Shown: piece after piece, positions 56,634-64,000 of the stretch | Layout of the letters: the number at the start of each line of letters is the position of its first letter | How positions within the stretch are numbered: the stretch's first letter is position 1 | Source: an uncultured virus (IMG/VR IMGVR_UViG_3300042561_001850) | Lineage: Duplodnaviria; Heunggongvirae; Uroviricota; Caudoviricetes | Strand: one strand, 5' to 3' | Virus record (IMG/VR): IMGVR_UViG_3300042561_001850 | Length of the DNA stretch: 64,000 bases | The notes under the pieces: generated by a model | Told to the model about the DNA's origin: nothing | The model's input: the letters and a program-made list of their open reading frames with translations, nothing else | The model's database searches: none | Program-made: the position numbers and the translations under genes

Positions 56634-56891
56634 ATGGATGACAACAAATTTCGCAACCTTGTCGGTTCTGCTTCGATTGCCGTTATCGCCGGGGCAGCAT
56701 TTGTGGCAACGGGGCTTCTAGCCGGCGGCGGATGGCTGCTCTGGAGGCACATGGCTTATCAAACAGCGGTGAAAGAATGTTTTCTTGGCGTCAGCCCTTT
56801 GGCCGTGGACATGATGAATGAAGCGGCAGTCCGATATGGCGGGGTCACCACGTCTCAATGCATGGCGCAAAAGGGTTTCCCCCAGCGCTGA
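56634..56891 (+). CDS. Small membrane protein (moron-like)
   Basis: Hydrophobic IAVIAGAAFVATGLLAGGGWLLW plus two Cys. Confidence 0.5.
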   Translation: MDDNKFRNLVGSASIAVIAGAAFVATGLLAGGGWLLWRHMAYQTAVKECFLGVSPLAVDMMNEAAVRYGGVTTSQCMAQKGFPQR

Positions 56892-57041
56892 CATTGTTGA
56901 GCTAACCGTATCCAGCGGGGCCGCGGCGGCAACTTGGACCATTTGCGTGCGGCCACGAAAATGGTGCTGACCAGACCGCTCGCGCCAACCCCCACCGTGC
57001 CACTGGAGTGGCCTCCGTAGCCTGGGGCTATTCAGTGGTCG

Positions 57042-57677
57042 GTGGCATTGGAGCGAACGCTGCGCCTGTACGGGCCCCTGGCCGAGCGGACCGGATACAC
57101 GGTTTTGAGCGCCAATATCGCCTCGATTGGCGAAGCCGTGCGGTTCCTGGTCGCCAATTGGCCCGATCTGGAGGCCCTCATCGCCGGATACGACTGGCTG
57201 CTGTCGGAGGGCAGCTACAACCTCGGCGCCGATGAGATTCACCACCCCCTCGGCAGCGAGGACATCCACCTGGTGCCGATCGTGAGTGGTTCAGGATCGG
57301 CCGGCGCCAAGATTGTGGGTGGCATTCTGCTGGTGGCCGCATCGTTTGCGGTGCCGGGCATTGGCCTGGCGGCCTTGGGGCCCACCCTGTTTGGCGCCGG
57401 CATGAGCCTGGCCCTGGGCGGTGCCGCCCAGCTGCTGACACCCTCAACGCCCACTCCAGATCGCAACCGTGACCCCAAAGAAACCAACTCCTACTCGGTA
57501 TCAGGGGTGCAGTTGACATCAAGGGAGGGCACGCCCGTCAACATCCCAAGGGGCCGCATCGTCATGGGCGCCATCGTCATCTCAGCCGGCATCAGCACAA
57601 GTGAGTTGCCTGGGGCGGGCGCCAACAAGCGATCCATGACCCTGGTCGAAGCGATCCAGGCGACGGGCAAGCGATGA
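57042..57677 (+). CDS. Tail assembly protein I
   Basis: LRLYGPLAE..EAVRFL..IHLVPIVSGSG..LALGGAAQLL..SY..EGTPVNIPRG..GAIVISAG. Confidence 0.88.
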   Translation: MALERTLRLYGPLAERTGYTVLSANIASIGEAVRFLVANWPDLEALIAGYDWLLSEGSYNLGADEIHHPLGSEDIHLVPIVSGSGSAGAKIVGGILLVAASFAVPGIGLAALGPTLFGAGMSLALGGAAQLLTPSTPTPDRNRDPKETNSYSVSGVQLTSREGTPVNIPRGRIVMGAIVISAGISTSELPGAGANKRSMTLVEAIQATGKR

Positions 57678-59860
57678 GGTTGATCCCCGTAGACAGCCTG
57701 GTCCAGCTGCCGCCATGGCCAGTGATCCGGGGGGCTGGCATCGGTGGCCAAAAGCAGGCCAAGGCCAGCCGGGGGGCCGCCACCGCGCCGGACACCCTCA
57801 ACTCCACCCAGTACGCCCGGCTGCTGCTGCTGCTCGGCGAGGGAGAACAAGAGGGCTGGCCGTCGGCCAGGGGCTATACGCGGGGCAGCAAGGCCTATGA
57901 AACCGCTCTGCTGAAAGATATTTATATCAACAAAACGCCAATTCTTAAGGCATCGGCAGATCCAAATAATCCGAAAACCACTGATTTTAACTTTCTAGGC
58001 GTTGTTGTTGAGCATCGCTATGGGACTGTTGACCAGTCTTCGATCAAAGGTTTCAATGCAACCGAATCACAGCGAGCGGTTGGACTGCCGGTGACAGCAG
58101 CGACACCGCTAACACGCACAATTACAGATACTGCCGTTAATGCACTCAGAATTACCCTTAGCTGGCAAGCCCTGCAGCAGTATTACGATCCTAAGAATAA
58201 GGTATCAAAATCATTGACTTCTAGCATTTTGAAAGGTGGCGTCAAGTCACCGCAGGAGGGCGATGTCATTGCAGTGGAGGTCAAATATCAGATCCAAGTG
58301 GCGACTGCAGGTGGCAGCTTCAAAACCGTGGTTGACACATCTGTGAAAGGCCGTTCTGGCGATCTGTTTCAACGCAGCCATGAAATCGAGATCTATGGCC
58401 CCTTCCCCGTAAGCGTGCGAGTGGTGCGAATCACCCCAGATTCAAACAACTCCAAAGTCAATGACACAATGGTTTGGAGTGACTATACAGAATTAATCTA
58501 TGCAAAGCTTAGATACCCATATTCAGCGTTGTTGGCGTTGCAACTAGACGCCAAGTATTTCAGCTCCTGGCCGCAAGTATCCGAAGACCGGTTAGGTGTC
58601 AAAATTCCGATTCCTGACAATGCAACCGTCGAGCAAACCACCGGCCGGTTGATTTACTCCGGCATTTGGACGGGCAACTTTGCCGAAGCTCAATGGACGA
58701 CCGATCCTGCCTGGCATTTTTACGACCAGGTCACCCATCCACGCTATGGGTTCGGCCATCGCTGCCCGCCTGAAACCGTCGATAAGTTTGCTCTGTATTC
58801 AATATCTAAATACTGCGCAGAACTTGTGTCTGATGGCAGGGGCGGTTTTGAGCCGCGTTTCGCCTGTTCAATCAACATCCAGAGCAGCGAAGACGCATAC
58901 AAAATGATCAATCAGATGGCCAGTGTCTTTCGAGGCATGCCCCATTGGGGCAAAGGCTCGGTAACTGTTACGCAAGATGCCCCTGGCGATGCAATCGTCA
59001 CCGTATCAAACGCAGACATATCGCCAGAAGGCTTTCGCTATGTCGGCTCTAGCCTGCGGGAGCGCTATACCGTCGCCGTTGTGCGGTATTTCAACAACGA
59101 GAAACAAGACTATGATTTTGTAACGGTACAAGATAAAAAGGCAATTCAGTTATATGGGGCAAAGGTCGCCAATATCGACGCTTTTGCCTGCACATCACCT
59201 GGGCAAGCCCATCGCGCAGGGGAATGGCTGCTTTACACCGAACAATACGAATCAGAAGTTGTGATGTTTGAGGGCACCGTGGCTCTGGGGGTGGAACTTC
59301 GGCCGGGCCTGCGGTTCAGAGCAGCTGATCGTCTCAAAAGCGGCGTAAGGCGAGCTGGCAAAACCATTGCAGGCACAACAACCAGCCTCACTGTTGATGA
59401 TGCAACCCAGACTGATCTGCCAACCGGGGCAGATGCAACGATCACCGCCAAGCTGGTTGATGGAAATCTGGAGACACGATTCATTGGTTCTATCAGCGGT
59501 GTGGTTGTTACACCAGCCCTGCCATTCTCGGCAGCGCCATTGATTGGTGGCACTTGGTCAATTGACAACAACGCCATGCGCACAAGCCTGTGGACGGCTA
59601 TTGGCATCACCGAAAGCAGTCGGACGAAATATATGGTTTCTGCATTGCGCCATAATCCAAGCAAATATGACCACATCGAGCGTGATATTCCATTAGATCT
59701 GCAAGTGTTTGCACCCCTTGAAATCAAGCCACCGGCGGCACCCTCCAGCGCAACAGCCATCGCCGTGGTAAATCCAGCCACACGGCAAACTGATATGCAC
59801 CTCTCCTGGGAGGCCATCCCTGGGGCAGTTGAGTATGAGGTGGCGGTGCGCAACGTATGA
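57674..59860 (+). CDS. Central tail tip protein J, N-terminal part
   Basis: LGEGE, IYINKTP, LRYPYSAL, WTTDPAW, EPRFAC, ACTSPGQAHRAGEW; ends in the middle of an FN3 domain. Confidence 0.9.
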   Translation: MRLIPVDSLVQLPPWPVIRGAGIGGQKQAKASRGAATAPDTLNSTQYARLLLLLGEGEQEGWPSARGYTRGSKAYETALLKDIYINKTPILKASADPNNPKTTDFNFLGVVVEHRYGTVDQSSIKGFNATESQRAVGLPVTAATPLTRTITDTAVNALRITLSWQALQQYYDPKNKVSKSLTSSILKGGVKSPQEGDVIAVEVKYQIQVATAGGSFKTVVDTSVKGRSGDLFQRSHEIEIYGPFPVSVRVVRITPDSNNSKVNDTMVWSDYTELIYAKLRYPYSALLALQLDAKYFSSWPQVSEDRLGVKIPIPDNATVEQTTGRLIYSGIWTGNFAEAQWTTDPAWHFYDQVTHPRYGFGHRCPPETVDKFALYSISKYCAELVSDGRGGFEPRFACSINIQSSEDAYKMINQMASVFRGMPHWGKGSVTVTQDAPGDAIVTVSNADISPEGFRYVGSSLRERYTVAVVRYFNNEKQDYDFVTVQDKKAIQLYGAKVANIDAFACTSPGQAHRAGEWLLYTEQYESEVVMFEGTVALGVELRPGLRFRAADRLKSGVRRAGKTIAGTTTSLTVDDATQTDLPTGADATITAKLVDGNLETRFIGSISGVVVTPALPFSAAPLIGGTWSIDNNAMRTSLWTAIGITESSRTKYMVSALRHNPSKYDHIERDIPLDLQVFAPLEIKPPAAPSSATAIAVVNPATRQTDMHLSWEAIPGAVEYEVAVRNV

Positions 59861-61362
59861 CCAGCAACTGGCAGATCTACAGAACCACAACGCCATCGAT
59901 CGTGCTGCCGGGGGTGGCCGATGGTAAATACGAGATCCAGGTGGTAGCAATTGATGCCTTTGGCAACCGCTCCGATCCCTTTGTGCCCCCCACCCAAGAG
60001 GTGGATCGATCGGCTACCGGCGTCATCGGCATTGATGGCAGCGTCGAGCGGGTGATGGATGCGGCCGTGGTGGCGCTGGGCGAATGGGTGGTGCAGGCCA
60101 GCTGGGCCCAGGTCGACATCGATTCGCTGAGCGTGGCGATCCGGCATTCGCCGGACCTATCAGGCGCCACCTGGTCAACCAGCAACCCCTTGGTCAAAGG
60201 GGAGGCCCCCAATGCCGAGGGTCAGATGCTGCTGCCGGCTTTGACGGGGACCTACCTATTTCGCCACCAAAATGGCAGCGGGGCTGTTTCTGCAACAACA
60301 TCAGTGGTATTTCATGCACCAAAAACGGCGATGGAAGTCGTTGCCACCATTGATGAAGCAGCAACAGGATTCACTGGTGTCAAAAGAAATTGTGCCTTCG
60401 ATGCCTCGATTCAGGCCCTGCGATTAAACGATGAATACTGGGACGACCTGGCGTTGGATGGTGATTTTGATGCGTTGCCAGGGCCAATTGATGAGTATGG
60501 CGCACCAAGGGTAGATACAAGAACATGGGATGAATTAGCAGAAGACGGCAATTTTGATGGATTGCCTGGCCCAATTGACGATTACGGATTTGACAGCAGG
60601 CAGGCAATTTATTACTTTGCCAATAATTTTGACGCAGGGGCTGTCAAGGATTTACAGTTAAGCCGCATAATTCGATCCCGATCCAGGTTGGTTGCATCGA
60701 CATGGGATGCACTTGTGGGGCCAGTTGATGAAATTTTGAGCATTGACAATGAAACGGCGGAAAGCGGCATTGTTCGATTGGAATATCAAGATTCACACGA
60801 TGCCCTGAGTTCTGGCCTGGCAGGCAGTTGGTCGGGTTGGAAGCCGTTGACGCGCAGCATCGTCCGGGCGCGATCGGTTCGGTTTCGAGCTCTGCTTTCA
60901 GTCGCTGATATAAACCAAGACGTTGTGGTTTCTTCACTTGCTGTTGAAGTGGCTTTGGCAGCTACATCTGCAGGAGGCTTTAATACATTGGGGCCAGGCC
61001 TAAGCATTACAGATGGGCAACTGAATGCCGCGTTCCTGCCTGTAGTTGATGAACCACTAACCCTTAATTATGCTGCCACCGTGAATTTAGACATGACTGC
61101 TTTGGCTGGCAAAATGCTCACCCTCAACCTTGCTGGCAATGTTACATTCACCACAAGCAATCGAAGCGCCGGCAAAGAAGTGGCAATACGAATCATCTGC
61201 GATGGTACGACTCGCGCATTCACATTTCCTGGCTGGATTTTTACTCAGTCTCCGGCCACGGGGCCCTCAAGTATCGCAGCAGGCAAAACAGGGATTCTGA
61301 GCGTCCGTTGCTGGGGGCCAGCCGACGGCGACGCCACAGCCGTTTATGCGGTGCAGGGATGA
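59857..61362 (+). CDS. Tail tip protein J, C-terminal part / fibre
   Basis: Begins with the second half of an FN3 domain (NWQ..GKYEIQVVAIDAFGNRS); acidic WD..LPGPID repeats; WSGWKPL..RSVRFR. Confidence 0.75.
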   Translation: MTSNWQIYRTTTPSIVLPGVADGKYEIQVVAIDAFGNRSDPFVPPTQEVDRSATGVIGIDGSVERVMDAAVVALGEWVVQASWAQVDIDSLSVAIRHSPDLSGATWSTSNPLVKGEAPNAEGQMLLPALTGTYLFRHQNGSGAVSATTSVVFHAPKTAMEVVATIDEAATGFTGVKRNCAFDASIQALRLNDEYWDDLALDGDFDALPGPIDEYGAPRVDTRTWDELAEDGNFDGLPGPIDDYGFDSRQAIYYFANNFDAGAVKDLQLSRIIRSRSRLVASTWDALVGPVDEILSIDNETAESGIVRLEYQDSHDALSSGLAGSWSGWKPLTRSIVRARSVRFRALLSVADINQDVVVSSLAVEVALAATSAGGFNTLGPGLSITDGQLNAAFLPVVDEPLTLNYAATVNLDMTALAGKMLTLNLAGNVTFTTSNRSAGKEVAIRIICDGTTRAFTFPGWIFTQSPATGPSSIAAGKTGILSVRCWGPADGDATAVYAVQG

Positions 61363-62039
61363 GAGGATTTAGCCTTCGAGATCAGGCGTTTTTGGGCAGC
61401 GTTGGTGCGCGGGTTGAACCATCAGTATTGACGTTTTCAACGTCTACGATTGTATATGTACCCAACCCCAACATAACTGGCAACACCAGGCCCTTACAGT
61501 TTAACCCGTCCGGCGGATCATTGAATACAGGAGCAACGCCTAATCTAAGAAATTTCATATACAAAGACTTGGCGTGTAACGACATTTCTGTTGTTTGGAG
61601 GCCTTCAGGGCAGTCCTTATCTGCGGCTGTGGACTATGGCAATAGTAGCGCAGGGCTTTCCAACACTAGCCAAAGAGCGCAGCGATTTGATTACTTTTTT
61701 AACACCTCAACGTCATCCGAAGCCGGTCCGCCAGTTGTCTATACATGGACAAACAGATTTGACCTCAGCTTTGGTGCTTTCTACCTCGACGGACCTTACA
61801 GCTTTTGCGGATCCGTAAACGTTGTCAACTTGGTCAGTGCCACGTCAACCGGAATCGCACAATTCATCGGAAACGGCGGAGGGTGGCTAAATAAAAATTC
61901 ATTGACGAGCAGCGTCTATAGCATTGTCTTTGGTGCGTCTGGCAGAACTGGCACACTGCAATACACTGCGGCTACCGATGTGCAGGCCACGGGCAATCAG
62001 ATCAGCGGCGGGACAATTACCATTAACATAAATCCGTAG
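61359..62039 (+). CDS. Putative tail fibre / receptor-binding protein
   Basis: ATGA-coupled; Ser/Thr/Asn/Gly-rich, beta-type. Confidence 0.5.
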   Translation: MRGFSLRDQAFLGSVGARVEPSVLTFSTSTIVYVPNPNITGNTRPLQFNPSGGSLNTGATPNLRNFIYKDLACNDISVVWRPSGQSLSAAVDYGNSSAGLSNTSQRAQRFDYFFNTSTSSEAGPPVVYTWTNRFDLSFGAFYLDGPYSFCGSVNVVNLVSATSTGIAQFIGNGGGWLNKNSLTSSVYSIVFGASGRTGTLQYTAATDVQATGNQISGGTITININP

Positions 62040-62070
62040 ACTGAAAACCTAGCTCATTGTTTTTTCAAAA

Positions 62071-62784
62071 ATGGCCCAGCACGATTTTACGATTGAGAGT
62101 AGCAGTGGATTATCCCTTCGGTTAGATGTGCAAACTGCCCTACAGGCATTGGCTACACAAAATTCTGGTTCCTTACCGCCATCGGTTACCTACCCATTTA
62201 TGCGGTGGCCAGACGCAGGATCGGGCCTAATGAAAGAGAGGAATAGCAACAATACAGACTGGAATGTTATGGGGTTGCTTAACAGCAACGGCTACAATTA
62301 CTGGTATAGACTAAATGCTGCCCTTGCAGGGGCAAACGTCAACACTGCCCAGAATCTGATGGGAGTAGGTGTCACGTTGGCCGCCGGCACTTACGAATTC
62401 GAGATTTTGTTCAGCTTGCTGAAGACGGCAGGCACCACGGCGCACACCTTGGCAATCGGGTTTGGTGGCACGGCCGTGCTGAGCAACATCGCCTACCAGC
62501 TGGTCTATCGGTCACTGGACGGCGGCAGTTTCCCACCGGCAGCGCTTAGCCCGGCTTTCACAACCTGGCTGCAGACTGCCACCTCTGCGGTGATCTCCGG
62601 ATCCCTCACCAGCGCCAGCGCCAGCCACCACGGCTCGATCCGAGGGACTGTCGCTATTAGCACTCCCGGCACTTTCACCCCTCAATACCTGCTCTCGGCG
62701 GCCCCAGGTGGCGCTTACACCACCGGGGCCGGGTCCTTCATGCGAATTGCCCCAATCCAAACCCGGGCCGCTGATTGGTCGTGA
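62071..62784 (+). CDS. Tail fibre protein
   Basis: MAQHDFTIE..LRLDVQTALQALATQNSG..P..YPFMRW..KERNSNN..W, a cyanophage fibre-type N-terminus. Confidence 0.7.
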   Translation: MAQHDFTIESSSGLSLRLDVQTALQALATQNSGSLPPSVTYPFMRWPDAGSGLMKERNSNNTDWNVMGLLNSNGYNYWYRLNAALAGANVNTAQNLMGVGVTLAAGTYEFEILFSLLKTAGTTAHTLAIGFGGTAVLSNIAYQLVYRSLDGGSFPPAALSPAFTTWLQTATSAVISGSLTSASASHHGSIRGTVAISTPGTFTPQYLLSAAPGGAYTTGAGSFMRIAPIQTRAADWS

Positions 62785-62827
62785 CGATTGCCAGATTTGC
62801 TTAATCTGAACAAACACAAGTAATGCA

Positions 62828-63043
62828 ATGGGCGTCGGCGAAACAATTGCCCTGGTTGCCGTAGGACTTACGGGCGTAGGAATGCTTGGGGCAGGGGTAA
62901 AATCAGCAATTGAGGCTTTGTGGAGCATCTCCAGAGGGTTGGGGGCCTTTGAAGGAAAAATTCTAGAAATTTTGAACCGCCACGATAAAGAATTGGCGAG
63001 CCTAGACGAACGATTTCGACATGTAGAAGATAAGGTTAGATGA
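62828..63043 (+). CDS. Small membrane protein, holin candidate
   Basis: One N-terminal transmembrane segment plus a coiled coil. Confidence 0.45.
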   Translation: MGVGETIALVAVGLTGVGMLGAGVKSAIEALWSISRGLGAFEGKILEILNRHDKELASLDERFRHVEDKVR

Positions 63044-63237
63044 AACGCTATCAGATCGTGTGTTTGGCGTTTGTGGGGTTATTCCTTGCGATTAGCGCAA
63101 GCCACGCCTCTGTGGGTTGGTTGCGTTGTACACAAAGTCATGGGGGGCTGGCTTGCAGATCCTTTATGTCTGATGCCATAGCTGGTTGGAGTATGGTCGC
63201 CAACGTATTGCAAGGAATAGCGTTTAAAGCGGAATAA
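63040..63237 (+). CDS. Small membrane protein
   Basis: Hydrophobic; ATGA-coupled. Confidence 0.4.
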   Translation: MKRYQIVCLAFVGLFLAISASHASVGWLRCTQSHGGLACRSFMSDAIAGWSMVANVLQGIAFKAE

Positions 63238-63242
63238 AATTA

Positions 63243-63563
63243 TCATTGGATCTTTTTGGAAACTTTGATCAAAATAAACTCATCGTTTGGGAAGGTTTCA
63301 GTTGTGCCATCGGCATAGGTCACATCAAACTCGGCCTCATAAACGCCGCTTGAGTTTCCCGTTTGCCATGAATACCCAACCGTTGGCGTATCCTTTGCAA
63401 TTACAACTGCTGCAGAATCATTAATCAACGTAGCCCCGCCAAGCGAGGGTAAGTTGCGCATTTGGAACAGCACTGTTGCCCCCGTCAGATCCACCGTTGG
63501 CGGGTATAGCTCATATCGGATGGCGGGCGATGTGTCGCCCTCCTTGATGTAAAACGTTTCCAT
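63243..63563 (-). CDS. BppU-like Ig-fold virion protein
   Basis: FYIKEGDTSP..VDLTGATVLFQM..Y.W..G.YEAEFDVTYADGTTETFPN. Confidence 0.7.
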   Translation of the reverse strand: METFYIKEGDTSPAIRYELYPPTVDLTGATVLFQMRNLPSLGGATLINDSAAVVIAKDTPTVGYSWQTGNSSGVYEAEFDVTYADGTTETFPNDEFILIKVSKKIQ

Positions 63564-63570
63564 CCGAACC

Positions 63571-64000
63571 TCAGACTACAATGCGCCCGCCACGGCGTGA
63601 TATAGCTAGCTTACCGCCATTTGCTGGATCGCCAGGGAAGGCAAAGCGGGTGGAAATCACGGACGGTCCGTAGCCAATCACCGTAGCCCCCCCTGCAGCT
63701 GTGCCCGCAGCACTGGCAATCGACGCGCCCTGCCCCGATGCTGTGGCCGATCCAAAAGAAGCGCCGGCAACGGACAGAATCAGCGCCACCTGGGCCTGCA
63801 CCGAGGCCGCGCCTGCCGCCGATCCAGCAGCAGCTGCAATGGCCGCGCCCTGCCCTGCTGTCGTGGCTGCGCCAAAGGCAGCCCCGGCAAAAGCCAGAAT
63901 CAGCGCGCCCTGAGCCTGCGCCGTGGCCAAACCGGCGGCCGATCCCGCACCCGCAACAATTTCGCCCCCAGACGGGCTTTGGCCCGCCGCCGTGGCCACG
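63571..64000 (-). CDS. Ala/Gly-rich repeat virion protein (5' end beyond the window)
   Basis: Repeats of about 20 aa such as AGSAAGLATAQAQG and AGAAFGAATTAGQG. Confidence 0.55.
   Translation of the reverse strand, partial: VATAAGQSPSGGEIVAGAGSAAGLATAQAQGALILAFAGAAFGAATTAGQGAAIAAAAGSAAGAASVQAQVALILSVAGASFGSATASGQGASIASAAGTAAGGATVIGYGPSVISTRFAFPGDPANGGKLAISRRGGRIVV

Larger units (their letters stand above)
527..64000. mobile_element. Temperate siphovirus / prophage (lambda-like tail, DUF1073-DUF2213-DUF2184 head); ends not visible
   Basis: Terminase, portal, MuF, protease, capsid, tail, tape measure, replication and lysis genes all present; no att sites or intact integrase seen in the window. 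Confidence 0.93.

Noticed and set aside
1..64000. tRNA/rRNA genes and att sites
   Set aside because: No cloverleaf or flanking direct repeat could be supported by eye; the GGTTCG hits I checked gave no tRNA-like structure

Overview
This window is most of a temperate, lambda-like long-tailed phage or prophage of a picocyanobacterium (Synechococcus/Cyanobium-like; the host assignment rests on the DnaB, AbrB-like and sigma-70 proteins). From left to right it carries: a leftward replication operon (HTH initiator with internal palindromic iterons, DUF2303, host-like dnaB cut by the window edge); recombination and nucleotide genes (ERF, SSB, PD-(D/E)xK nuclease, DUF4406-DUF550 fusion); an M15 endolysin; a serine recombinase remnant lacking its catalytic domain; regulators (AbrB-like, sigma-70, LexA DNA-binding domain, XRE, KilA-N); inverted terminase genes; a DUF1073 portal / MuF / DUF2213 protease / DUF2184 capsid head module; and a lambda-type tail (chaperone -1 frameshift, tape measure, M, L, K, I, split J, fibres). 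The most unusual signal is a family of five dispersed large genes built from shared modules: an 'RLD' leader, a PGQLxL motif, a Cys/His knuckle GKPCGDGHIS..CHK or RRCxTGYxCGxTCIS..KxC, and a small beta-rich domain. These modules are fused to different cargo domains (zeta-toxin-like kinase, protein kinase, ParB-like domain, zincin/LPD1-like polyvalent protein, an uncharacterised mobile-element domain). R-x-D motifs are enriched in these proteins and in the protease/scaffold and portal, and one sits at the capsid N-terminus. My inference is a capsid-loaded, protease-processed polymorphic effector system. All product calls come from motif recognition by eye; no database searches were run.
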